A stretch of DNA of 64,000 nt from an uncultured candidate division Zixibacteria bacterium. Lineage in GTDB: Bacteria; Zixibacteria; MSB-5A5; GN15; PGXB01. This document shows positions 1 through 10,449 of the stretch, piece after piece (the stretch's first letter is position 1; each line of letters starts with the position of its first letter). The stretch covers positions 2,048,001 through 2,112,000 of the forward strand of contig OY969724.1 in NCBI GenBank assembly GCA_963702205.1. Reading direction: 5' to 3'. Both the position numbers and the translations under genes were made by a program. The notes beneath the pieces are model-generated. The model saw nothing but the letters and a program-made list of their open reading frames with translations. It was not told the origin of the DNA and searched no databases.

Positions 1-2
1 AG

Positions 3-1193
3 TTGACCCACAGGGTCATATTTAACAGCCATCTTACCCGCGAAGCGGTTAACCAGGGTCGTGCCAAATATCATCCGATGCACCTGTCCGAAATACCGAG
101 GTACGCCCGAAGGCCGGGCGGACCTAATATTGTACTATGCTCGGTAGCCGGGCCGGATAATGGCGGCAATTACAGTCTGGGGACAACGGTCGAAGCTGTA
201 CGCGCGGCGATAGAGTCGGCCCGCGAAAGAGGTGGAGTGGTCATTGCCGAACGCAACGCCAAAATGCCGTTCGTGCTGGGGGTGAGCGTCCCCGGATCGT
301 ACATAGATTATTTGCTGGAAACCGATTATTCTTTGCCGGCCAGCCCGGTGCACAATCCCGATGAGCGCGCCCGGAGAATCGCAGAGATTATTGCGTCGAG
401 ATTTATAAGAGACGGTTCCGGACATGAGCCCGGTTCGACATTGCAGTATGGTATCGGCGAAGTCCCTGAAGCGGTGACCGAAGCTATTTTAAAAAGGGGT
501 TACAAAGACCTTGGGATTCACACCGAGCTTTTCGCCGACGGCATGAGGCGTTTGATTGAGGCCGGTGCGGTAACCAACCGGTGGAAACCGGATATCAACT
601 TCTCGATTTCATCCATATTCCTGATGGCAATGCAGGAAGGCTACGACTGGCTCGACTATAACAGCTCGGTGCAAAGCCGTTCGTCGCGGTACACCAACAG
701 TGTCTTCAGTATCGCCGAGCAGCCGTGTATGGTGACGATCAACAGCGCCATCGGGGTCGATCTCCACGGTAATATCTGGGCCGATTCGCTCGATGCCCGC
801 AAAGTATACAGCGGGGTCGGAGGACAGGCGGATTTCATCCGAGGGGCGCAATACTCCGAAGGCGGCGTGGCCATCATTGCCCTTAAGTCGACCACGAAAG
901 ACGGCAAATCGAAAATCGTGGATCGTTGTCCCGCCGGAATTACCACGACCGCCATTCCGGCCGATCAGGTTATTATCGTTACGGAAAACGGGGCCTTCGA
1001 CCCGAGACGTTTGAGTCTGGGTGAGCGGGCGGTCGGTATCGCCCATCTGGCCCGAAAGGATTATCGCGACGATCTTATGAATACGATCACGCACGATCCC
1101 GCTTTTCATAAGCCGAGCTGGATTGTACATAAGGGCGTGCCCGGGTTTATTCCGTACGATAAGGCGATCGAGTCTCCGGAATTATATGGATAA
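3..1193 (+). CDS. Acetyl-CoA hydrolase/transferase family protein (4-hydroxybutyrate CoA-transferase-like), probably 5'-truncated by the window edge
   Basis: TLQYGIG, LGIHTE, SGVGGQADF and IIVTENG motifs. Confidence 0.85.
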   Translation: MTHRVIFNSHLTREAVNQGRAKYHPMHLSEIPRYARRPGGPNIVLCSVAGPDNGGNYSLGTTVEAVRAAIESARERGGVVIAERNAKMPFVLGVSVPGSYIDYLLETDYSLPASPVHNPDERARRIAEIIASRFIRDGSGHEPGSTLQYGIGEVPEAVTEAILKRGYKDLGIHTELFADGMRRLIEAGAVTNRWKPDINFSISSIFLMAMQEGYDWLDYNSSVQSRSSRYTNSVFSIAEQPCMVTINSAIGVDLHGNIWADSLDARKVYSGVGGQADFIRGAQYSEGGVAIIALKSTTKDGKSKIVDRCPAGITTTAIPADQVIIVTENGAFDPRRLSLGERAVGIAHLARKDYRDDLMNTITHDPAFHKPSWIVHKGVPGFIPYDKAIESPELYG

Positions 1194-1289
1194 AACGGGA
1201 CATCTTTGTCCTTGTATTTCTCCCTGCATTTTAGTATCTTAATAATACTACTCCGCAATTTACTCTTTTTTAATAGAAAGGAATCAACT

Positions 1290-1748
1290 ATGCTCGTCAG
1301 AACACTTTTAATGGAAAAAAAACGCGATCTGATCACGATCGGGCCCGGCAAGCCGGTAGACTTGGCGATGGAGACTCTTATCGCCAATAATATTGGCTGT
1401 CTCCCGGTTATTGATGAATCCGGCAAACTCTCGGGCATTATAAGTGATAAAGACATTTTCAGAAAAATCCACGAGTCCAAAGGTGAATACCATAATTTAC
1501 ACGTGGAAGACGTAATGACAACGGCCGTGATCGTGGGGCTGCCGGATGATGATGTCGCTTATATCGCGGGTGTGATGACCAAAAACTGGATTCGCCACGT
1601 GCCAATAATGGAAGGTGAAAATCTGATCGGATTGGTTTCTCTGAGAGATATTATAAGAGTCCAGGCGGAAAAGAGGGAAGTCGAAAACCGCTATATGAAG
1701 CTTTATCTGGAAGGTCTTCACACGCGGGATAAGTCGGCGGACCTTTAG
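1290..1748 (+). CDS. CBS-domain pair protein
   Basis: IGCLPVID..GIISDKD and IRHVPI..GLVSLRD; ATG at 1290 after AAGGA. Confidence 0.9.
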   Translation: MLVRTLLMEKKRDLITIGPGKPVDLAMETLIANNIGCLPVIDESGKLSGIISDKDIFRKIHESKGEYHNLHVEDVMTTAVIVGLPDDDVAYIAGVMTKNWIRHVPIMEGENLIGLVSLRDIIRVQAEKREVENRYMKLYLEGLHTRDKSADL

Positions 1749-1940
1749 AGATTAAAAGGACTAAATAACCGCATAAACTTTCGTATTAAAATTAAAGCCC
1801 CTTGTTGGTACAAGAGGCTCTCAAGAGGTATGTGCACAGCCTTTATTCTGCCCTAGGCTGTAATAATTAAACCCCATAATGGGCTGGTTCGTTCCATTTT
1901 ATCCTAATTTTGCACTATTTTTTTAATTTCCCCATAAATC

Positions 1941-1969
1941 TTGACATAAATACATCCTGCCCCTATTTT
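1941..1969 (+). promoter_or_regulatory. Putative sigma70 promoter of the glycosylation cluster
   Basis: TTGACA-17 nt-TATTTT about 30 nt upstream of ATG 2000. Confidence 0.55.
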
Positions 1970-1999
1970 GTGCCCAACCCAAAAGCAAGGCAACAACTT

Positions 2000-3103
2000 A
2001 TGAATATCAAATTTCTTGACTTACAGGCGCAATACCAGAGCATTAAAGAAGAAATGGACCGGGCGATCCACGAGGTATTAAACACATCGGTCTATATTCT
2101 CGGTCCGGCGGTAGATAATTTCGAAAAGAAATTCGCCGAGTATTGTTCCTGCAAATATGCAATGGGCGTCAATTCGGGCACATCGGCGCTGCTTTTGGCC
2201 CTGAAGGCGCTCAGAATCGGTCCCGGTGATGAAGTTATCACCACCGCCAATACTTTTATCGCAACGCTGGCGGCTATCGTGGAATCCGGGGCAACCCCGG
2301 TTTTGGTCGACGCCGACCCGGAAACTCGTCTGCTTGATATCGATCAGTTTGAGTCGGCGATTACACCCAAAACCAAAGCCATTATTCCCGTTCATCTGTA
2401 CGGCCTGATGCCGGATATGGGGCGGATTATGGATATCGCGAATGAACACGATATTTTCATAATCGAAGATGCCGCGCAGGCCCAGGGCGCGAAATTCAAA
2501 GACCGGATGGCCGGGTCGTTCGGCATTTTGGCCTGTTTTTCGTTTTATCCGGCCAAAAATCTTGGGGCTTACGGCGAAGCCGGGGCGGTCGTGACCTCCG
2601 ACCAGGCGCTGGCCGAGCGAATTCGCAAGCTGCGGGATCAGGGTTCGGACCGTAAGTATTTTCATGACTACCTCGGTTACAACGAACGCATGGACGGCCT
2701 GCAGGGAGCGGTGCTGGGCGTAAAATTGAAATATCTGGACAAGTGGAATCAGGCCCGCAACGTCATAGCGGACAAATACTTGAGCCTTATGGCGGGATTG
2801 CCGGTCAAGCTGCCGCCTCAGTTCGAAGAACGTTATCAGATTTATCACCAATTCGCTGTTGAATGTGACCAGCGCAATGAGCTCCAGCAGCATCTGTCCC
2901 GCCAGGGAGTCCCGACCATGATTCACTACCCGATTCCCATGCATCATCAAAAGGGGTATAAACGGGCCGGGTTGCCGGAATTGCATTTGCCCGTGACGGA
3001 AAAATTATCGGAGACGATTTTATCGCTGCCGCTTTACCCGGAACTTAAGGACGAAGAAATCGAATATATAGCCCGACAGGTAAAGGGATTTTTCGGGAAA
3101 TAA
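2000..3103 (+). CDS. DegT/DnrJ/EryC1/StrS family PLP-dependent sugar aminotransferase
   Basis: NSGTSAL, IEDAAQA, SFYPAKNLGAYGEAG, LSLPLYP. Confidence 0.95.
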   Translation: MNIKFLDLQAQYQSIKEEMDRAIHEVLNTSVYILGPAVDNFEKKFAEYCSCKYAMGVNSGTSALLLALKALRIGPGDEVITTANTFIATLAAIVESGATPVLVDADPETRLLDIDQFESAITPKTKAIIPVHLYGLMPDMGRIMDIANEHDIFIIEDAAQAQGAKFKDRMAGSFGILACFSFYPAKNLGAYGEAGAVVTSDQALAERIRKLRDQGSDRKYFHDYLGYNERMDGLQGAVLGVKLKYLDKWNQARNVIADKYLSLMAGLPVKLPPQFEERYQIYHQFAVECDQRNELQQHLSRQGVPTMIHYPIPMHHQKGYKRAGLPELHLPVTEKLSETILSLPLYPELKDEEIEYIARQVKGFFGK

Positions 3104-3117
3104 AATCCCGAATCGTC

Positions 3118-5250
3118 ATGAATATATCGAGGCGATTGGAATGGCTGCTGTTTGCGGTGCTGGCCGCGACTGCTCTGTTTTTGCGGAGCTATTTTTTATC
3201 GGCTGACCCGCCGGTGGACCTGTCCTACAGTACCGGCGTTCTGACCGATCCCGCTCAATATACGTCATTCGCCCGTAATTTCGTACTCTGGGGATCGTTT
3301 AATCCACTGCACGACTACCGGTTGGTTCTGTTTATGAAGTCATTGACAACGGCCGTATCATTCCCGGTCTTCTCCGTGTTGGGATCCGGCTATGTGCAAT
3401 CCAACGTGGTTGCGCTTATATTTTCGTTTCCGGCGATTACATTTATTTATTTCGCCGTCAGAAAAATATCCGGGAATCTGGCCGCGTTGTTCTTTTTGGC
3501 TTTGTTGACTTTCGATTTCAACCAGATATTTTTCGGGCGATATCCATTTCTTGAAAACAGCCTGATATTCGGCGCCTCGCTTTCGTTTCTAATTCTGGTT
3601 TATTCGGAAAAGCCCATTTTTTCGTTTTTGGCCGGCATGATACTGGGTGCTGGAATATTCTTTGGTAAGATGATCGGGATTATTTTCATATTTCCCGCCG
3701 TCTGTTTCGGGCTGTACGAATACTTTTTCAAGTACCGTCCCGATTGGAAGAAATTTCTCTTGAGGCACGGCCTTTTCTGGGCCGGATTTTTGGCCGTGCT
3801 GGCCTTTTGGTATTTTTACAGTTATCGTCCGATGGCCAATTCGGTCGAAGGTTATCTCGAAGAACAAGCGCTGGGGCTGTATGGTGCGCCTGATGGTCTC
3901 CGGTCTCTTTGGTTTTTTATGTATAAGTACGCCACGTTCGGGGCCACCAGCAAGCTGTTCCAGAGAATGCCGGTGGCGGCACTTCTGGCGTGGGTGATTA
4001 TTGCCCTGTTTTTAAGTAATGCCGTCACCAAATCCGGCCGGAAAAAAGAACTTTCCAAATGGGCGCCCGGGCTGGTTTTTCTAATTGCATGGATCATAGC
4101 AGCCTACGGGTCATTGATGATCTGGAATTATCGGCCTTTGAGATATCAGACATTGGTTATATATCCGGCTTATGCTCTGGCGGCGGTGGCCTTGTCGCAT
4201 CTCTGGAACAGCCGGGGGCGGATTTTCAAAGATTACATTTCCCCAATATATGCCCCGATTTTGTATTTTTTGCTTCTTCCCCCGGTATTTCAATTAATTG
4301 CATTTTCCTTCAGGGACTCGGTCAATACGAGCACCTATTATGAATTCAATGCGGCTATGTTCATCGTTTCGGCCCTGATTGCAGCGGCGCTGTTTGCCAT
4401 GCGTTTATTTTTCAAAAGAGGGCTCGTTCTTCCCGGGCGGGGCATTCTTGCCGGTATCGCAATAGTCATTCTCGGGATCGGGACCATCCCCAACCTGCTG
4501 CATTATGTCCGATGGACCGGCGAGGCATCGTTTACGACGGAGGCCGCCGCGCGGGACCTGACGACGATCGTATCCCCGGAAGCGGTCTTGTCGGGGCCGT
4601 ACGCCGCCCGCCTGACTCAGGACAACAGGCTGCTGAATCTGATTCACATGTTCGGCGTCGCCAGCGTCGATACCGCCTTTTTCGCGAGGTATCCGGTGAC
4701 CCATTTGCTGGTCGATAAACCCAATTATGAAGCCGCCGTCGAGCAGTACCCGGAAATCATGAAGAAGGCCTCTTTGGTAGGCGAATACAGGATATCGTCG
4801 CGGCTGGTATATTTATACCGCATAGCCGGGTTGACCGGGAACATACAGGCCGATAATTACATTTTTTCAGATTATGAAAAGGCCCGCTATTATTTATCCA
4901 GGGGCATAATGGATTCTTCGGATTTTTATATGCGAAGGTATCTTGACGGCAATCCGGGCAACCTTTCGGGCAACCTGACCTACGGCGCGGTCCAGTTCGA
5001 AAAGGGAAATTTGAATGAAGCGGGCAAATATTACAACCGGGCATTAAATTTTTCACCGACGGATTTTCACTTGCGGTATAAGTTGGGCGAATTTTATATT
5101 AAGATGTATGAAATTACAGACGATTCCGGATATTTTGACAAGGCCCGGAGGCAGTTCGATCTGGCCGAAAAATATAATAATACGTCGGTAATGCTGAAAA
5201 ATATGATTTCCAAACTCCTCAGCACAAAGGATACCCTGCGCGTTGAATAA
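3118..5250 (+). CDS. GT-C fold (ArnT/PMT-like) membrane glycosyltransferase with C-terminal TPR-like helices
   Basis: About 12 hydrophobic segments, first loop D.AQY..FARN, RPLRY loop, C-terminal AGKYYNRALNFSP TPR-like pattern. Confidence 0.65.
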   Translation: MNISRRLEWLLFAVLAATALFLRSYFLSADPPVDLSYSTGVLTDPAQYTSFARNFVLWGSFNPLHDYRLVLFMKSLTTAVSFPVFSVLGSGYVQSNVVALIFSFPAITFIYFAVRKISGNLAALFFLALLTFDFNQIFFGRYPFLENSLIFGASLSFLILVYSEKPIFSFLAGMILGAGIFFGKMIGIIFIFPAVCFGLYEYFFKYRPDWKKFLLRHGLFWAGFLAVLAFWYFYSYRPMANSVEGYLEEQALGLYGAPDGLRSLWFFMYKYATFGATSKLFQRMPVAALLAWVIIALFLSNAVTKSGRKKELSKWAPGLVFLIAWIIAAYGSLMIWNYRPLRYQTLVIYPAYALAAVALSHLWNSRGRIFKDYISPIYAPILYFLLLPPVFQLIAFSFRDSVNTSTYYEFNAAMFIVSALIAAALFAMRLFFKRGLVLPGRGILAGIAIVILGIGTIPNLLHYVRWTGEASFTTEAAARDLTTIVSPEAVLSGPYAARLTQDNRLLNLIHMFGVASVDTAFFARYPVTHLLVDKPNYEAAVEQYPEIMKKASLVGEYRISSRLVYLYRIAGLTGNIQADNYIFSDYEKARYYLSRGIMDSSDFYMRRYLDGNPGNLSGNLTYGAVQFEKGNLNEAGKYYNRALNFSPTDFHLRYKLGEFYIKMYEITDDSGYFDKARRQFDLAEKYNNTSVMLKNMISKLLSTKDTLRVE

Positions 5251-6181
5251 AATAATCTCGGTGATCGTACCGGCCTTCAACGAGGAAGGCAACATAGACG
5301 AATTTTGCCGACTTTTCGGCGAAATGGTCCAGAAGGAAAGCAATCAATACGAGCTGATTTATGTCGATGACGGTTCCACCGACGGCACGTTCAATAAAAT
5401 TAAAGCGGCGTCCGAAACACAAACGTTCATAAAATACGCCCGTCATACCTTCAACCGGGGCCTGACGCGCGCCCTTGAAAGCGGCTTTTCGATCGCTACG
5501 GGCGAGATATACGTCTTTTATCCGGCCGATCTTCAATACCTGCCGGAGGACATACCGGCGCTGGTGCAGCCGATTCTGGACGGGGCCGACGTGTCCACCG
5601 GCTGGAAGCAGGGGAAGTACAACAAGCGTTTCGTGTCGACCATATATAATTATCTTTCACGCCGAATATTCGGCTTGAAAGTGCACGATTTGAATTCGGT
5701 CAAGGCGTTCAAGGCCGAAGTCATAAAAGACATTTTTATGCGGCGCGACTGGCACCGCTATCTGGTCGTTCTGGCGGCGGACAAGGGGCATTCGATTGCC
5801 GAGGTCAAAATGCCTCTGTATGAGCGTAAATGGGGCCAGTCGAAGTTTTCGGTCTGGCGCATTCCGGTCGGTGTGCTGGATATGCTGGCGGTCAAGGCTC
5901 AAATATCGTTTCTGCGTAAGCCGCTTTTGTTTTTCGGCCTGTTTGGTACAGTCTTTCTTTTTCTCGGAGGGGTGATCGGAGTATACGCTTTGTACTTACG
6001 ATTCGTACTGGATGAAGGCTTGCGGATGCTTTTGTATCTGGTTCTGCTCATGATCGGTATCGGGATGGGCTTGTTTATCCTGGGCTTTCTGGCCGAATCG
6101 ATCGCGGCCCTCAAGGAAGAAACCAATTCCATTAGACAGAAGCTTGATTTGTTAATCGACCGCCCCAAGAAACAGGATTAG
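5243..6181 (+). CDS. GT2 polyprenol-phosphate glycosyltransferase (ArnC/GtrB-like)
   Basis: VIVPAFNEE, VDDGSTDGT, ADLQY, two C-terminal TM helices; TTG start. Confidence 0.9.
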   Translation: MNKIISVIVPAFNEEGNIDEFCRLFGEMVQKESNQYELIYVDDGSTDGTFNKIKAASETQTFIKYARHTFNRGLTRALESGFSIATGEIYVFYPADLQYLPEDIPALVQPILDGADVSTGWKQGKYNKRFVSTIYNYLSRRIFGLKVHDLNSVKAFKAEVIKDIFMRRDWHRYLVVLAADKGHSIAEVKMPLYERKWGQSKFSVWRIPVGVLDMLAVKAQISFLRKPLLFFGLFGTVFLFLGGVIGVYALYLRFVLDEGLRMLLYLVLLMIGIGMGLFILGFLAESIAALKEETNSIRQKLDLLIDRPKKQD

Positions 6182-6222
6182 TATAGAAAGTCATTTTCGA
6201 CCACAAGTTACTGGAGAAAATA

Positions 6223-8679
6223 TTGGTCAAAAAGAAAAATAAACAGGCGGCCCCGACGGCCAGAAAATCCACGGCCGGCAAAAGCAGTTTCGATCCGGAA
6301 AGTTTTAAATATTATTTCCCCGTCCTCCTGGCGGTGATGATCGTCGGTATCGTCCTGTTATTCAAAGACTTTCTGTTCTCGGATAACATGCTGTACGGCT
6401 CCGATACTATCAATGCCGGTCTGTTTTTCCGCCATTTTTATGTCGATTACGTGCGCAGTTTCGGCAGCGTCCCGCTTTGGGATCCGTACATTTTCGGCGG
6501 CTTGCCGTTTATCGATGCGTTTCACGGCGACATATTTTATCCGTTATCGACGCTGAAATTCTTCGGTAATATGTACCGCATGCTCGGGATCAATCTGGTG
6601 ATACATATTTTTCTGGCCGGAATATTTATGTACTTCACGGCCCGCCAGTTTCGCCTGGGGCGGTTGACGTCATCGGTATCGGCTCTGGCCTATATGTTTT
6701 CGGGCTACCTGGTTTCGCTGGTGGCTCCGGGACACGACGGCAAAATATTCGTGACGGCTCTGTTTCCTCTGACCATGCTCTTTCTCGACCGGGCCTTCGA
6801 GAAAAAACCATTTTTGAATTTCACCATTCTCGGACTGGTGATCGGCGTTATTATTCTGACCCCGCACGCGCAGTTGTCTTACTATGCGCTTTGGGCGATA
6901 GCTCTGTATGGTGCGTTCAGGCTGGTTTTACTATATAAAGAAACCGGAAAAATCGGCGGCCTCGTGAAACCCTCGGCGTTTCTGGGCTGGGCGGTGCTGG
7001 TCGGGGTGTTGATTTCAGCCGTGCAGTTTCTACCGGGTTATATTTATACTACGGAATATTCTCCGCGAGCCGATACCAAGCGTGGCTGGGACTGGGCAAC
7101 GTCATGGTCGATGCACCAGGAAGAGGCTATGTCGCTGGTAGTGCCGGAATTTCCCGGAAACGACAGCACCCGGGGCCAATTGTACTGGGGCAAAAATTCA
7201 TTCAAGGATAACAGTGAGTATGCCGGGGTAATCCCGCTGTTTCTCGCAATTATCGGGGTATTTTTTTATCGGTCACGTAAAGCGATATTTTTCGGAATAC
7301 TGGCCCTGTTCGCCCTGATTTACGCTCTCGGTGCGACCACTCCGATTTTCAGGATATTTTATTATTTGATACCGAATGTGAAATCGCTTCGGGCACCGGC
7401 TACAATTATGTTCCTGTTTCTGTTCAGCGTGTCTCTTCTGGCCGGGATGGGCCTGCAGTATATAATCGATAAATCAAAGCAATTTTCGGACACGACGCGG
7501 AAGAGGCTGCATATATATCTTTTTGGTGCGACCGGACTTCTGCTTCTCGGAGCGCTGTTATTCGGTGTGGCCGGGGAGAGCATACTGACACTTTATACGT
7601 CGATATTCTACAGCAACGTACAAACGCTCGTGCCGGGCGGCGGACGTTGGAAAACGGCCCTGATGAACCTGCCTCACATTCAGAGCGGCTTTTGGATTGC
7701 CTTTCTGCTGGTAGGATTCGTTGCCGCTGCCATATACTTGTTTGCCAATAAAAAGTCCGGGCGGATGATATTGTTTATCATTCCACTGCTGATCATGGTC
7801 GACGGCATTCGTTTCAATTCCAGATTCGTGAGCGATTATGATTACAGGCAGGATACGTCGCCCAACCCGCTGACCGACTATTTAAAAACGCTGCCCGGTC
7901 ATTACCGGGTTTTGGATTTGGGAGTATTCCGGGACGATTATCTGCCGTTCTTCGATATTTCAGTGGTAAAAGGTTATCACGGCAATCAACTTCGATGGTA
8001 CGATGATCTTCTGGGCGGTCCGGGACTGACAGAATATAAAAATCCCAATTTTCTCGATCTGGCCGGGGCCGGGTATGTCCTGGGTCCGACCGACCGCGCG
8101 CAATACGCGAGGCTTTTCCCCGACTTGCCGCTGGTCTCGATCAAGAATTTCGGAAACGTCTCGGTATATAAAAACGAAGACGTTATTCCACGGGCCTTTT
8201 TGGTTCGTAACTATGAAGTGGAGCGCGACCGCAAGAATATATACCCGATGGTGCATAACGGTGCGGTGGATTTAAGAAACACAGTTGTACTCGAAAAGCA
8301 GCCCGATATTCAATTGTCGGCACCGGATTCTCTTTATGTTGACACGACCGGACAAGCTGCGATAACGCAGTACGCCGATGATTCTGTCATAGTACAGACC
8401 AACGCCGACTATAACAGCCTTCTGGTTCTGACCGATAACTGGTATTTCGCGTGGAAGGCCTTCGTCGATGGGGTGGAGAAACCCGTTTACAGAGCCGACG
8501 GGGCGTTTCGGGCCGTCCCTGTCGAAAAAGGGCAGCATACGGTTCTGTTCAAATACGATGACTCCAGGAATGCGTTGGGTGAGCTTATCACGCTGTTGAC
8601 TCTTTCGGTGGTCGCCATTATATTGGTCACTTACCTAATAATTTACTTTAAAACGAGGCAAAAGGCAGCGGTTACATGA
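6223..8679 (+). CDS. YfhO family membrane protein (GT-C-like)
   Basis: PLWDPYIFGGLP, many TM segments, C-terminal LVLTDNWYFAWKAFVDG...FRAV. Confidence 0.85.
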   Translation: MVKKKNKQAAPTARKSTAGKSSFDPESFKYYFPVLLAVMIVGIVLLFKDFLFSDNMLYGSDTINAGLFFRHFYVDYVRSFGSVPLWDPYIFGGLPFIDAFHGDIFYPLSTLKFFGNMYRMLGINLVIHIFLAGIFMYFTARQFRLGRLTSSVSALAYMFSGYLVSLVAPGHDGKIFVTALFPLTMLFLDRAFEKKPFLNFTILGLVIGVIILTPHAQLSYYALWAIALYGAFRLVLLYKETGKIGGLVKPSAFLGWAVLVGVLISAVQFLPGYIYTTEYSPRADTKRGWDWATSWSMHQEEAMSLVVPEFPGNDSTRGQLYWGKNSFKDNSEYAGVIPLFLAIIGVFFYRSRKAIFFGILALFALIYALGATTPIFRIFYYLIPNVKSLRAPATIMFLFLFSVSLLAGMGLQYIIDKSKQFSDTTRKRLHIYLFGATGLLLLGALLFGVAGESILTLYTSIFYSNVQTLVPGGGRWKTALMNLPHIQSGFWIAFLLVGFVAAAIYLFANKKSGRMILFIIPLLIMVDGIRFNSRFVSDYDYRQDTSPNPLTDYLKTLPGHYRVLDLGVFRDDYLPFFDISVVKGYHGNQLRWYDDLLGGPGLTEYKNPNFLDLAGAGYVLGPTDRAQYARLFPDLPLVSIKNFGNVSVYKNEDVIPRAFLVRNYEVERDRKNIYPMVHNGAVDLRNTVVLEKQPDIQLSAPDSLYVDTTGQAAITQYADDSVIVQTNADYNSLLVLTDNWYFAWKAFVDGVEKPVYRADGAFRAVPVEKGQHTVLFKYDDSRNALGELITLLTLSVVAIILVTYLIIYFKTRQKAAVT

Positions 8680-9404
8680 GCGACAACAAGAGAGCCCTGG
8701 TAATATTCCCCACGTATAACGAACGTGATAACATCGGCCGAATAATACCGAAAGTCCTCGAGAAGGACCCTTCGGTGCACGCCCTGGTGGTCGATGACAA
8801 TTCCCCCGACGGCACCGGAAAGATGGCCGACGATATGGCCGCGCAGAACGACCGGATTCACATTCTGCACCGTGACCGGAAAGATGGGCTCGGTCGGGCA
8901 TATATTGCCGGTTTCAAATGGGCGCTGGAGCAGAAGTTCGACTATATATTCGAAATGGACGCCGATTTTTCGCACAACCCGGATTATATCCCCGATTTCC
9001 TGAAGGCAATACGCGAAAACGACCTTGTGATCGGGTCGAGGTACATTTCCGGCGTGAACGTCGTCAACTGGCCAATGCGCCGGTTGATTCTATCTTATTT
9101 CGCTAATTATTACGCGCGAATAATTACCGGCCTCCCGGTACGCGACGGCACGGGCGGCTTTAAATGTTTTCGCAGGGAAGTTTTGGAAACAATAAAGCTT
9201 GATGAAATAAAATCAAACGGGTATATTTTCCAGATTGAGGTTTCGATGCGCGCATGGAAGCGGGGATTTAAAATTAAGGAGATCCCGATCGTTTTCGTGG
9301 ACAGGGAAAAAGGTGTGTCGAAGATGTCCAAGAAAATACTGCGAGAGGCGATATGGAAGGTATGGTACCTGAGGCTGATGTCAATAATAGGAAAAATGCG
9401 ATAG
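8676..9404 (+). CDS. Polyprenol-monophosphomannose synthase (Ppm1/DPM1-like GT2)
   Basis: PTYNERDN, VDDNSPDGTG, EMDADFSH, GSRY, FVDREKGVSKM. Confidence 0.92.
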   Translation: MSDNKRALVIFPTYNERDNIGRIIPKVLEKDPSVHALVVDDNSPDGTGKMADDMAAQNDRIHILHRDRKDGLGRAYIAGFKWALEQKFDYIFEMDADFSHNPDYIPDFLKAIRENDLVIGSRYISGVNVVNWPMRRLILSYFANYYARIITGLPVRDGTGGFKCFRREVLETIKLDEIKSNGYIFQIEVSMRAWKRGFKIKEIPIVFVDREKGVSKMSKKILREAIWKVWYLRLMSIIGKMR

Positions 9405-9406
9405 AT

Positions 9407-10270
9407 ATGAAAAAGACCGAAAAACCGGCCGTCTCGGCCATAGTTGTGACATACAATTCGGGACGCTGTATTCTGTCCTGCCTGGAAGCGCTGATCGAGG
9501 AGATCGGCGAATTCGGCGGCGATATACTTGTTTTCGATAATAACTCCTCCGATACGACGGTCGAGAAAGTGATAGCATCCTTTCCGCAGGTTAAAATATA
9601 TCGCTCACCCAAAAACCTCGGTTTTGCGGCGGCCAACAATCAGGGGCTCCGGCTGGTCAACGGGCAGTACATACTGTTTATAAATCCCGATGCGGTTCTG
9701 GATAAAGGCGCCGTGGCGCACTTGGTTCGAACCATGGCCGATTACGAAGACGCCGGGGCGGTGGTCGGAAGGATGCGCAATCCCGACGGGACTTTTCAAT
9801 CGACCTGCCGGGAAGTGCCGGACAGCAAAAATATTTTCTTCTCGCGTGGGTCGGTTCTGAGCAAAATGATTTTGTCGCCACGAGAGCCCAATCCTCACAA
9901 CATGGACGATTTCGAGAAAATAACGGAAGTCCCGGCCGCGGCGGCGACGTGCATGTTGATCGAGCGCAGGCTATTTGAGAAAATCGGTGGTTTCGATGAC
10001 CGGTTTTTCCTGTTTGCGGAAGACGTGGACCTGTCGGTGAGGATTCGTCAAAGCGGACGCAAAGTATATTTTGTGCCCCAGGCCGGGGCGATACATTTAT
10101 GGGGGGAGGGAGCCCGGGTCTCACCGGTCAAACGCAGCTGGCATCATCATATGGCCATCTGGAAATACTTCATGAAACACTACCCGAGCGGTTTTTCGAA
10201 ATTCGTTCTGCCGGCGGCGCTGTTTGTCAATTTCGCCATCCGCACCATAACCGGTCTCGACTCGAAGTAA
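9407..10270 (+). CDS. GT2 glycosyltransferase (WbbL/rhamnosyltransferase-like)
   Basis: IVVTYNS, DNNSSD, NLGFAAANN, INPDA, GFDDRFFLFAEDVD. Confidence 0.88.
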   Translation: MKKTEKPAVSAIVVTYNSGRCILSCLEALIEEIGEFGGDILVFDNNSSDTTVEKVIASFPQVKIYRSPKNLGFAAANNQGLRLVNGQYILFINPDAVLDKGAVAHLVRTMADYEDAGAVVGRMRNPDGTFQSTCREVPDSKNIFFSRGSVLSKMILSPREPNPHNMDDFEKITEVPAAAATCMLIERRLFEKIGGFDDRFFLFAEDVDLSVRIRQSGRKVYFVPQAGAIHLWGEGARVSPVKRSWHHHMAIWKYFMKHYPSGFSKFVLPAALFVNFAIRTITGLDSK

Positions 10271-10449
10271 ACCGAAGCCATTTGCCGAAAGCATCAAGCC
10301 ATCATTTTATGAAACTGTAATGCCTTGTCGTGTATATAATTAAATAAGCGATGAGAGGCCTTTTTTAGGTTGTTATTTTGAAAAATATGCGTATTTTAGC
10401 AGTTTGTCGGTCCCGGTTGGGCCATTAATAGTTTGCATGTGAATTAATT

